From the NCBI GenBank assembly GCA_964016885.1, contig OZ024749.1, positions 26,536,001-26,600,000 on the forward strand: 64,000 nucleotides of DNA, given 5' to 3'. Below the pieces are notes generated by a model. That model did no database searches and had not been told where the DNA came from. It saw nothing but the letters and a program-made list of their open reading frames with translations. Each line of letters begins with the position of its first letter. Within the stretch, counting starts at the first letter, position 1. The stretch is from Eledone cirrhosa (Eukaryota). Position numbers and translations under genes: made by a program. Positions 12,985 to 26,858 of this stretch are shown in pieces.

Positions 12985-15308
12985 TTTAGCAGTATTAGTT
13001 ATTGAGTAGTCGCCACTTTAGCAGGGTGGTAGAATCAGTGGTCGTTAGTTGCCAGTGTGGTAAGTGATAGTATCCTCGTTGGATTATCTTGTTGACATAG
13101 ACGTGAGGGAAGGCCCCTCGATCTATTTACCATCTATTTACAATATTCCTTTCGTCAGGTCGCCAATTCCAGCAGCATGGATTAAAGATGTCATTGAGAC
13201 ACGAGTAACATAACAACGACTTCAACCGCAGTAATTAGAGATGAAATGTTTGTTTATTTATATGGTTGAAGTTACAGATAAAAAGAGGTTACAAAAGGGA
13301 ATGTGCCATTGCGCCGTTAAGCCGGCGAGGCTAGGGGTGCAATATCTCACTGCTACATTATGCGTGTTGCTGGCTTGAAGTTTCCGGTACAAGAGAGAGA
13401 TTCTTCAAATCTTTGCGGGGAATTTCTTCCTCAGGGCGCGTGGGGATACATCCTCTTCTACTGGCGCTGATTGGCTGAACTGAGCCAAATCACGCACAGA
13501 GAATGTATGTGAGCCCGCGGAATGTAGGTCACTACATCACCTCCAACCAGATTTTCAGCCGAAAATCGATAACGAAGAAACCAAGGACCCACATATTATT
13601 GAATCAGCAAGAACAAATGCTGAAAGAGCACATCAGTGAAAAAATAATTGAGCAGAAGGTTGCATGCAAGAACAAAAAATGAGGCGCTACGGGCCGTGTT
13701 GAGCCGCTGTGTCAAATGACCAATTGTTTTGTTGTTTATACGTGACCGCCAAAGGTCTAACAAAAAACGGATAAAGTCTGACATGGGCGAAGTTGCCGTT
13801 CTTGCATTAAATGTTAATGGTAAGCGTTGTACCAGTAGATGTGAACGAAGCTATTATGGTAGTTTACCAGTGCTGGCGAGAAAATGATGGCCCCCAGATG
13901 TATTGTCGAATGTGCTGTGGAGCCAGGAAAAAATGGCTGGTTGCTTTGTAAAGAACAAAAGGCAAGTTTAATCTGTAGGTGGGTTGCAGTGTAAATTCCA
14001 TAATTCGGGCGAATCCACAGAAGTGGCCGAAATGTTGACAAGTCCAGTTCAATTTGTTGCTTTCCCAGCGAGTCGGGCAAAAACAACAATACGGATGGCC
14101 GTCATGGACGATCAGTGTGCAACGAGATGCGAAGCTGTTTGAGTTCAGCTGCAATTAGTATTCTCGTGTTGCGGTGACTGTTTGAATCCAGTGGATTAAG
14201 CTCTGTGAGCTGCTAGCATGTGACAGCATCTCAACCAGGTGAAAAGGGACTCGCAGAATATTACGTTTGAAGAACATATACCAAGAACAACATGTTGGTG
14301 TGTGATAAAAAAAATGTGTGCATATGCAGGCATGTAAAACACCAAAGAATGTGAATGAACAAAAACCATGAGCAAGCAAATAGCAAAAGAGCACAAAACA
14401 AGTAAATGCATTCTACAAAGAAATATGTGAATGTAACAAACTGATAATTCAAAGTCAATCTAGGGGAGCAGAGAAATTGCTCAATAAGTTCAAAGTTTTT
14501 CAAAGTCAAATAGTTCACACATCACCAGTGTACAGACACTAGTTCTATCCGAAAACTGAAAAAGAAGTTTGTTAATGCCATTAGGGGTTAGATGTATGGT
14601 GTTTTTGTGAGATTTCGTGGCCATTTTCCCGTCCCGCCACGCGGTTGTGTTGCTTATTGTTAAAGCAAAGTCAAAGAATTTTCTGTAGAGTAGGAGTCAC
14701 CAAATATGGCAGTCACGTCTGACGCCATAATGGTGAGAAAACTACTGTCTCAATTTCTCGCGTCCCTGTGGTAACGAGACAGAAGGTATGGTGGTTGCGT
14801 CGGTAAAGTTACAAGCCGTTTTGAAATTTCCGATGTGTGGTGGTTGGCGTCGGTAAGGTTATGAAGCTGCCACTCACTGTTCCCTGTATTGGTCAGTGGT
14901 TAAACAACGCTGTCGCTGCTGCTGTCATTGTTGTTGTCAAGCGTAGCCATGACATGTCGGTAGCCATCTTGAAATTTTTTTCGTGGCGAAAAAGTTTTTG
15001 AAATACTGCTAATTTTTCAAAAATCTTAAAAGGAATATTCTGGATTTTCGCAAGTTGCGACGTGGCAATAAAAGTTAAACTGAATGAATAAGAAGGGCTG
15101 CGTGATATTCTTACGTCGGTCACCACTTTAGCAGTATTAGTTATTGAGTAGTCGCCACTTTAGCAGGGTGGTAGAATCAGTGGTCGTTAGTTGCCAGTGT
15201 GGTAAGTGATAGTATCCTCGTTGGATTATCTTGTTGACATGATTGGCTGAACTGAGCCAAATCACGCACAGAGAATGTATGTGAGCCCGCGGAATGTAGG
15301 TCACTACA
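12985..15308 (-). mobile_element. Non-autonomous LTR retroelement; 3' LTR 12985-13536, internally deleted 5' LTR 15127-15308
   Basis: Direct repeats beginning TGTAGT on minus; PBS-like TGGTGACCGACGT (15113-15125, tRNA-Trp-like); PPT-like GGTTGGAGGTGA (13537-13548); no gag/pol recognised. Confidence 0.85.
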
Positions 15309-15450
15309 TATATATATATGTATATATATATGTATATATATATGTATATATATATATGTATATATATATGTATATATATATATATGTATATATATATATG
15401 TGTATATATATGTATATATATGTATATATATATGTATATATATATGTATG

Positions 15451-15481
<31 letters not shown>

Positions 15482-15528
15482 GTATATATATATGTATATA
15501 TATGTATATATATATATGTATATATATG

Positions 15529-15559
<31 letters not shown>

Positions 15560-15919
15560 GTATATATATATGTATATATATGTATATATATACACGTATA
15601 TATATATGTATATATATGTATATATATATGTATATATATGTATATATATATATGTATATATATATATGTATATATATATGTATATATATATATGTATATA
15701 TATATATGTATATATATATATGTATATATATATATGTATATATATATATGTATATATATATATGTATATATATATATATGTGTATATATGTATATAGATA
15801 TATGTATATATATATATGTATATGTATATATGTACATGTATATATATATGTATATATATATGTATATGTATATATATATATGTATAAATATATATGTATA
15901 TGTATATGTATATGTATAT

Positions 15920-16858
15920 ATGGCGTGGATGACCGGATAAGCCTTCAGTCAGACCTACTGGCTGTTACCCAATGGGCAGAAAAGAACAACATGTTACTGA
16001 ACGAAGACAAATTCGAACTGATCCACTTTGGAAAAGAGGATGCTCTGAAACTCCCGTACTCCCTTCCCTCCGGGGAAACTCTCGTGGCATCTAACAACAT
16101 CAGAGACTTGGGAGTAACCGTGGACAGCAACATAAGCTGGACCACGCATATAAGCAGCAAAGTTGACATGGCCCGCAGAATGTGTTCCTGGATCCTCAGA
16201 ACCTTCCAGTCGAGAGATTCCCGCACCATTATCCTTCTCTTCTCTACTTTCGCCCGACCACACCTTGAATACTGTTGTCCACTGTGGTCTCCCCACACGA
16301 AACAAAGTATCATGAAACTTGAAGCTCCTCAAAGGGCAATCACGAAAAAGATAGATGGCATGTCAGACCTTGACTACTGGGGTCGATTGGAAAACCTGAA
16401 ACTTTACTCACTCCAACGTCGCCATGAGCGTTATATTATCTGCATGATGTGGAAAATGTTCCATCATCACTGCCCAAATGATGTTGGCATCGCCTTCAAG
16501 ATACACCCAAGGCTTGGGCCCCGTGCTATCCGTCCCATTCAAAAATCTAAATCGCAACTCATAACAACAATACGGCACAATTATTTCACCTCAATCGGCC
16601 CTGCTCTCTTCAACATCACACCAGGACACGTCAAAACAGAAACTGACCACACAAAATTCAAGAAGTCTTTGGACAAATTCCTCCAAGTAATCCCTGACAA
16701 ACCACCCACACCCGGATATGTCTCCGCAAACAGTAATTCTCTTCTCGAATGGGCCATGGTGCCCAAATCCTGAATTGAAAGACTTCGCCAGGTGGTGCTA
16801 TTAAGTTAGACATGGCCTGGGCCAATACTGGCCAAAACATTTCAAAGTTATAAAGTTA
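15920..16858 (+). mobile_element. Second, 5'-truncated copy of the LINE at 1829-5687
   Basis: Near-identical to ~4748-5687 (few substitutions, e.g. MARRM vs MACRM, RRHERY vs RRRERY); embedded in TA tracts. Confidence 0.97.
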
Positions 16859-16986
16859 TATGTATATATATATATGTATATATGTATATGTATATGTATA
16901 TATATATGTATATGTATATATATATATATGTATATATATATATGTATATATGTATATGTATATATATATGTATATATATATATATG

Positions 16987-17031
<45 letters not shown>

Positions 17032-17122
17032 GTATATATATATATGTATATGGATATATATATATGTATATATATATATACATGTATATATATGTATATA
17101 TATATATATATGTATATATATG

Positions 17123-17236
<114 letters not shown>

Positions 17237-17244
17237 TATGTATG

Positions 17245-17275
<31 letters not shown>

Positions 17276-17550
17276 GTATATATATATATGTATATATATA
17301 TGTATATATATATGTATATATGTATATATATATTATGTATATATATATATATGTATATATATATGTATATATATATATATGTATATATATATGTATATAT
17401 ATATGTATATATATATATATGTATATATATATGTATATATATATATATGTATATATATATGTATATATATATGTATATATATATATATGTATATATATAT
17501 ACATGTATATATATATATATGTATATATATGTATATATATATGTATATAT

Positions 17551-17721
17551 ATATTTATTAAAATAACAGATTAAAGTTTAAGCAGAGAATCGCTGCTTTC
17601 ATCCTTAACGGGATCTTCTGAAACTAACAAAGTTAATCTGTAAACGCAGAACTGGATATTTCAAAAAACGTTGCAACCGGAGGTAGACAGGAAGACGATA
17701 CTTTGGTTCGTGGGAACGTTC
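17551..17721 (+). mobile_element. Short interspersed element, homologous to 46365-46556 in the opposite orientation
   Basis: Shared atatttattaaaataacagattaaagtttaagc...tactttggttcgtgg. Confidence 0.8.
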
Positions 17722-17862
17722 GCTGGCTAGGAACGGGAAAAAACGAATAATACGCCATTAATAGGAGCGGTGAAAAACAATTACGCGCAAAGACAGAACC
17801 ACGTTTATGGTATAATAGAGGTCGTACACTAATGTTCTCTTATATATATATGTATATATATC

Positions 17863-17893
<31 letters not shown>

Positions 17894-17904
17894 GTATATA
17901 TATC

Positions 17905-17953
<49 letters not shown>

Positions 17954-18108
17954 GTATATATATATGTATATATATATATAAGTATATGTATATATATGTA
18001 TATATATATAAGTATATGTATATATATGTACATATATATAAGTATATATATGTATATATATATATGTGTATATATATGTATATATATATAAGTATATATA
18101 TATATAAG

Positions 18109-18155
<47 letters not shown>

Positions 18156-18296
18156 GTATATATATATGTATATATATGTATATATATATAAGTATATATA
18201 TATATAAGTATATATATATATATGTATATATATAGAAGTATATATATATATATGTATATATATAAATATATATATATATATATGTATATATATATG

Positions 18297-18345
<49 letters not shown>

Positions 18346-18454
18346 GTATATATATATAAGTATATATATATATATATGTATATATGTATATATATATGTA
18401 TATATATGTATATATATATATTTATGTATATATATATAAGTATATATATATATG

Positions 18455-18488
<34 letters not shown>

Positions 18489-18630
18489 TATGTATATGTA
18501 TATATATATATGTATATATGTATATATGTATATATATATATATGTATATATCTATATATGTATATATGTATATATGTATATATATATATATATATATATG
18601 TGTATATATGTATATATATATGTATATATG

Positions 18631-18689
<59 letters not shown>

Positions 18690-18702
18690 GTATATATGTA
18701 TA

Positions 18703-19010
<308 letters not shown>

Positions 19011-19072
19011 TGTGTATATATGTATATATATATGTATATATCTATATATATATATGTATATATATATATACG

Positions 19073-19105
<33 letters not shown>

Positions 19106-19214
19106 GTATATGTATATATATATATATGTATATATGTATATATGTATATATATATATATGTATATATCTATATATGTATATATATATATATATGTATATA
19201 TATATGTATATATG

Positions 19215-19247
<33 letters not shown>

Positions 19248-19300
19248 GTATATATCTATATATGTATATATATATATATGTATATATATATGTATATATG

Positions 19301-19620
<320 letters not shown>

Positions 19621-19622
19621 AC

Positions 19623-19849
<227 letters not shown>

Positions 19850-19925
19850 TATGTGTATATATGTATATATATATGTATATATATATGTATATATCTATAT
19901 ATATATATGTATATATATATATACG

Positions 19926-19958
<33 letters not shown>

Positions 19959-20077
19959 GTATATGTATATATATATATGTATATATGTATATATATATAT
20001 ATGTATATATCTATATATGTATATATATATATATGTATATATATATATGTATATATGTATATATATATGTATATATG

Positions 20078-20345
<268 letters not shown>

Positions 20346-20346
20346 C

Positions 20347-20578
<232 letters not shown>

Positions 20579-20697
20579 GTAGATAAATCTACCAAGAGTT
20601 TACGGTAGTGTCCAATCCGTATGAAGAACTCAATGTATTCCGGATATCATGGAAAGAAGAGATGTAATGAAAAATCACTTTCGGTGAAAGATAAATT

Positions 20698-20758
<61 letters not shown>

Positions 20759-21375
20759 GTATATATATATATATATATATTTTCTTGATATATTTCTTTT
20801 TTCTTTTTTCTTTTTCTATTTTTTATTTTCTTAGTTTATAGATACATCTATAATAAGCAGTCTGCCCAAACCGTTGAATACTGACCTCTCCCCCCCTCCC
20901 ACCTAATTTCTGTATCTTGATCTAAATGTGTGTGACAGTGTTTATGTGAGTGAATTAATATCCATGTGCTTATGATTTTATATCCACATATATATATGTG
21001 AGTGGGGGTGTGTGTGTGTTTGTATGTTCGTAATTATGTGTATGTTTATGCATATACGCGCGCGTGTGTGTGATTGTACGGATATGTGTGAGTATGAGAA
21101 TATGTGTATACACTTATTTCATATTTATGTGTCTATACGCATCTTATCTGTGCATTATAGACTTACAGAGACATTAACCTTGAAATTTTGTATTTGCATC
21201 CATCCTTTTGGTATGCGTATACATGTTGAGCATACATTTTTGTAAAATATGTGTAAGGGTAGTTACATGTATATACACACACAGAACTGCATAAAACCTT
21301 TTGTATTTTCATTGGTCAATTTTGTTCCCAAACGGACCTGAAATTTTGAATTGTTGTTATTATCAATAAATATAT

Positions 21376-21529
21376 TTCATTATTTCTGAAGACGGCGTAT
21401 ATATGTGTTGGTATGTATATTTAATCTTGATAGTTTGTATAATTTTGTATAATTTTGTACATAGATCTGTTGAATATGCATGCCAATTCTAACACATATA
21501 TATCCTAGAAACGATCGTTAAATAATGAA
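21376..21529 (+). ncRNA. Hammerhead ribozyme motif with greatly extended stem II
   Basis: Stem I ttcattattt/aaataatgaa (10 bp), CTGAAGA, 115-nt insert containing tatatatgtgtt/aacacatatata, GAAAC gatc GTT. Confidence 0.7.
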
Positions 21530-21588
21530 CTTTTTTTGTTTAATATAAGGAACTGTTTCATTGTTTTATTCATTATTTGTTTAATATT

Positions 21589-21712
<124 letters not shown>

Positions 21713-21713
21713 G

Positions 21714-21767
<54 letters not shown>

Positions 21768-21799
21768 TGTGTATATATGTATATATATATGTATATATG

Positions 21800-21834
<35 letters not shown>

Positions 21835-21927
21835 GTATGTATATATATATATGTATGTATATATATATATATGTATATATATATATGTGTGTATATGTAT
21901 ATATATATATATATATATGTGTATATG

Positions 21928-22007
<80 letters not shown>

Positions 22008-22167
22008 TATATGTATATAGATTTTGAATTTATGTTGGTTGTATACCAACACCTTAGTATGCAGCCTGGAGCACTCGACGAAGTGCGTAGGTTGGCATGG
22101 TTACTCTGGAGCAGTGTAAAATAAAGTTAAATAAAAGTCAAATGATTAAAATTTAGCTTCGTTTTTT

Positions 22168-22222
22168 ACTGATATATATATTTCAGTTACAGCAATCTTT
22201 GGCTGTGACCTCTTCAGGCAGT
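22168..22222 (-). ncRNA. Hammerhead motif downstream of the minus-strand GIY-YIG fragment
   Basis: Minus: actgc CTGAAGA ggtcacagc-caaagatt-gctgtaact GAAAT atat ATA tcagt; first stem I pair mismatched. Confidence 0.65.
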
Positions 22223-22269
22223 TTGAATTAGTATGGTATAGACAAGTACATATGTTGTTTAGGTGTATA

Positions 22270-22857
22270 ATATTGTCAATACTCTGATATAAGTTCTATT
22301 TCACTGGCCTCTCTGATTTGCCTATCTGCTGGGTCATTTCTATGTTTAGATATTATTCTAATTTCTATGTTGTCTACGTTACCGTCGTATTGTTATCTGG
22401 CATGTTCTTATAGTACTGACCCGTTTTTTCGTCCTTTTAAATCCCCCCAGTGTTGGTCTATCCTTTCACCTATGCTACGAGCTGTCTCGCCTATGTATGT
22501 TGTTGTTATGTTTCTGCAAGTACCCTCTGTACATCTTATGCTATAGACTACGTTTCTAGTTTTTCAGTTTATCCGGGGGTTTACCTTACATATGATACAT
22601 TTCCTATTAGTACAGTGGGTTTTCTTAAAAGGGTAGGTTTAGCTTATCAGGGATTTTGTGGTGGTTCCTGGCTTTTCTACCACCTTAATCTTTAAGTGGG
22701 TCTTTCTCAGGGCCTTTCTACACTGGTTAGCTAATTTCCCTCCAGGGGTAGCGTCCACAAACATAACACTCTGGTATCTCTGGTTGTCGTACCATGAGGT
22801 GGCTTTCCCTATCTTATGTCTCGCCCTATCTAAGCTATTCCATGATTTGCTCCTGTA
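22270..22857 (-). pseudogene. Penelope-like element (Neptune-type) linker + GIY-YIG endonuclease fragment
   Basis: SVMFVDATPGGKLA..LKIKVVEKPG..C.NRKCIIC..RNVVYSIRC..TYIGETARSIGERIDQH, with stops and frameshifts. Confidence 0.85.
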
Positions 22858-23199
22858 GAAACGTAGTCTATAGCATAAGATGTACAGAGGGTACTTGCAG
22901 AAACATGACAACAACATACATAGGTGAGACAGCTCGTAGCATAGGTGAGAGGATAGACCAACACTGGGGAACTAAAAGGACGAAAAAACGGGTCAGTACT
23001 ATACGAACATGCCAGACAACAATACGACGGTAACATAGACAACATAGAAATTAAAATAATATCTAAACATAGAAATGACCCAACAGATAGGCAAATCAGA
23101 GAGGCCAGTGAAATAGAACTTAGAAGGTCAAGACTAAACAGAAAGAATGAATGGAATAACAACAACACCCAAACAAACAACACTGACCTAAGAGAAGTA

Positions 23200-23242
<43 letters not shown>

Positions 23243-23718
23243 ATACATGCACAAGCACAATAACAACAAACACATATAAACACACACTAGTAAAGATAGA
23301 ATACATAGAATACATAGAATACAATCACGAACACACATCAAACAAAACACTATACACACGCGCAAACGCATGCGCAAAGAAGACAAAATAAAATAAACAA
23401 ACAAACAAATAAATAAATAAATATATCGACAGACTAAATAAAAATGGCGTAGACATACAATGTAACAGGGAGGAAACAATAGCACCACTGACGATGTTGC
23501 AGATGTGCAACGAAAGAACTTTGATAAACTATATATATGTGTTTGTGTCTATATTGTATCTGTATTATTTTTGACTGTCGGTCAGTCAATGGCAACATTG
23601 AGGACCGAATAAATTAGATTACAGATATAAAAGACACAGAAGCCAAAAGCGAAAACCAACCAAACAGTGAGTGTGTTCTGTTATTAATTCTGGCAATATT
23701 ACACAAATATGACCCTCC

Positions 23719-23720
<2 letters not shown>
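22855..23720 (+). mobile_element. Penelope-like element 3' part (GIY-YIG end + 3' UTR), head-to-head with the minus copy
   Basis: NVVYSIRC..YIGETARSIGERIDQHW..EHARQ..DRQIREASEIE..LNRKNEW; homologous to 37538-38228. Confidence 0.88.
23483..23526 (+). ncRNA. Hammerhead motif in the Penelope 3' UTR
   Basis: cacca CTGACGA t gttgca-gatg-tgcaac GAAAG aa CTT tgata; stem I imperfect. Confidence 0.6.
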
Positions 23721-23812
<92 letters not shown>

Positions 23813-24371
23813 GTATGTATGTATATGTATATATATATATGTATGTATATGTATATGTATATATATATATATATGTATGTATATGTATATATATATATGT
23901 ATGTATATATATATATGTATGTATATGTATATATATATATGTATGTATATGTATATATATGTATGTATATATATATATGTATGTATATGTATATATATAT
24001 ATGTATATATATATATATGTATGTATATGTATATATATATATGTATGTATATGTATATATATGTATGTATATATATATATGTATGTATATGTATATATAT
24101 ATATATATGTATGTATATGTATATATATATATATATATATGTATTTATATGTATCTATATATATGTATTTATATGTATATATATATGTATTTATATGTAT
24201 ATATATATATATGTATTTATATGTATATATATATGTATTTATATGTATATATATATATGTATTTATATGTATATATATATATATGTATTTATATGTATTT
24301 ATATGTATATATGTATTTATATGTATTTATATGTATATATATATATATATATGTATTTATATGTACATATA

Positions 24372-24402
<31 letters not shown>

Positions 24403-24413
24403 GTATTTATATG

Positions 24414-24486
<73 letters not shown>

Positions 24487-24511
24487 TTATATGTATATAT
24501 ACATGTATGTG

Positions 24512-24546
<35 letters not shown>

Positions 24547-24606
24547 GTATATGTATATATATATATATGTATATATATGTATATGTATATATATATATGT
24601 ATATGT

Positions 24607-24725
24607 GAAGGCATGTGGCTGAGTGGCTAGAGAATTGGATTCGCAATCGTAAGGTTGTGAGTTCGATTCCTGGACCAGGCGATGCGTTATGTCCTTGAGC
24701 AAGACACTTTATTTCACGTTGCTCC
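24607..24725 (+). mobile_element. tRNA-derived SINE with V-domain-like core
   Basis: A-box tggctgagtgg, B-box gttcgattcc, then gtccttgagcaagacacttt. Confidence 0.75.
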
Positions 24726-25101
24726 TTCTACCTGGAGTTGCGACCGATAGATAGTATTAGCAATAGGAAAGACCAACGGAAACATTGTTCCCTCGGTCCG
24801 ATTTGACGAAAGTCGATCGTTCCTCTAATATGTGTATATGTATATATAAATATGTATATATATGTATATGTATATATATATACATGTATATGTTTATATA
24901 TATGTATATATATATTTATATGTATATATATATATGTATATGTATATATATATATATGTATATGTATATATATGTATATGTATATATATATGTATATGTA
25001 TATATGTATATGTATATATGTATATGTATATATGTATATGTATATATGTATATGTATATATGTATATGTATATATATATATATGTATATATGTATATATA
25101 T

Positions 25102-25160
25102 AATGTAGGAGGTGAGTTTTATTGTAGTACAATAAAAGTACATCTTTTGATCTTATATTA
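25102..25160 (+). mobile_element. Internally deleted copy of the 170-bp hammerhead element at 49218
   Basis: 5' end aatgtaggaggtgagttttattgtagtacaataaa joined to 3' end catcttttgatcttat. Confidence 0.8.
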
Positions 25161-25307
25161 TGTATATATATATATATATGTATATATGTATATGTATATA
25201 TATATATGTATGTATGTATATTATGGCTAAGCTGTGAAACTCCAAATAAACAAGGCTCACTGCTTAGCAATAATGAGTAAATAAATTATTCATATATATA
25301 TATTCAT

Positions 25308-26029
25308 ACTAGCAGAATGGCCCGGCGTTGCTCGGGCTTCTATACATAGTTTGGCATGTTTATTCCTCCTTTCTCAAACAATACAGAGAAGTTACGGAAT
25401 ACCTCGGCCTGCGCTTATAAAAAACGTCGTAGATTACCAGGGGTTTAACTTAATTAGGTGCCTTAGAGTAAAATGTTCAACCCACGAAAGCCAAGACGAT
25501 AGGGTTAAGTAGAAAGGCATTCGACAAACCGAACATGTATTTGTTGTGCTATGGTACGATGAAAGCAATAGTTACAGAGCAGTAAGCATGTGGGACTGCA
25601 GTGTTGGAGAGCAGGAAGGAATTTAGTTGGATACTTTTAAGGTTACAAAAATTTACCTAATCTGATATAGACCGAACTGTTATATCGCATGCCAAACGCT
25701 TCGGAGTTACTATTGGGGTCACCATCAACAATTTCAAGGGATGCACGTTTAAGTAGGGATAATATAGTCTATAAAGAGAGGTAACTCTTTAAAAATACTA
25801 AAGAGTTGTCTCTCTCGAACATTGTAGACAAAATTGCCGAACTAAACTGACAAAAAAGGCTTAAAGTTTTAGTGAAAAACACGCCTTTAACAACAGAAAA
25901 TTGAAAAATAAAAGCTGCAGTTAATATCTTTCGACGGCAAGGAATATATAAATGCAAGTCAATCGTAGTAGAAATGTGGATTTGTATAGACTTTGCCAAA
26001 ATTAGGACACACACACACAAACAACTTCA

Positions 26030-26069
<40 letters not shown>
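25308..26069 (-). mobile_element. Non-autonomous Helitron-type element
   Basis: Minus-strand 3' end: hairpin gcccgagcaacgccgggc, 7 nt, then CTAG|T; other end (TA)n-aaaactgaagttg. Confidence 0.7.
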
Positions 26070-26569
26070 TGTCAACATTGGCAACAGGCTTCTGCAGTAT
26101 CCGTCTACCACTTCCATATGTCAAACCTAGTTAGAATCCCCGGACTTGATGTACCCAGAAATTAATTTCTTCTGATGTCAAAATTATGAAGCAGCTGCTG
26201 TTTCTAGCACTTGTGTCAGATATTTCCTTCCACTAACAAACATACAGCCTCCTATCCTCTCTTAACTAGTGTATAGACTCTCTTTCTTTCTCACCTCACC
26301 CCTCTCTCTCCCCTCCCCCCTCCATCCCCCTCCCCCCCCCCCCTCTCTCACCCCCTCTCTCTCTCTCTTTTTCTCTCACACACACATACGTACAGCCTCC
26401 TATCCTCTCTTAACTTGTGTATAGACTTTCTCTCTCTCTCCCATCTCTCTCATCCTCTTTCTCTCTCTCTCTCTATCTCTCTCTCTCTCTCACACACACA
26501 CATACGAACCCTCTTAACATGTGTATAGACTCTCTCTTTCTCACCCTATCTCTCTCTCTCTTCCTTCTC

Positions 26570-26606
<37 letters not shown>

Positions 26607-26697
26607 TTCTCTCTCTATATATCTCTCTCTCTCTCTCACACACACACACATACACACACATACGTACATCCTTCTATCTGCTTTTGCCATCTGTATA

Positions 26698-26771
<74 letters not shown>

Positions 26772-26858
26772 TGCATTCTTAATAGTATTTATCAGGTTTC
26801 GTTCATTATAATTATCATTGCGCATGCATTACTGGAGTGTAACCGGAAGCTTCTAAGC

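Noticed and set aside
15400-16773. 457-aa fusion protein
   Set aside because: TA tract read in frame into a truncated LINE.
24607-24685. Functional tRNA gene
   Set aside because: No proper acceptor stem or terminator; continues into a SINE core.
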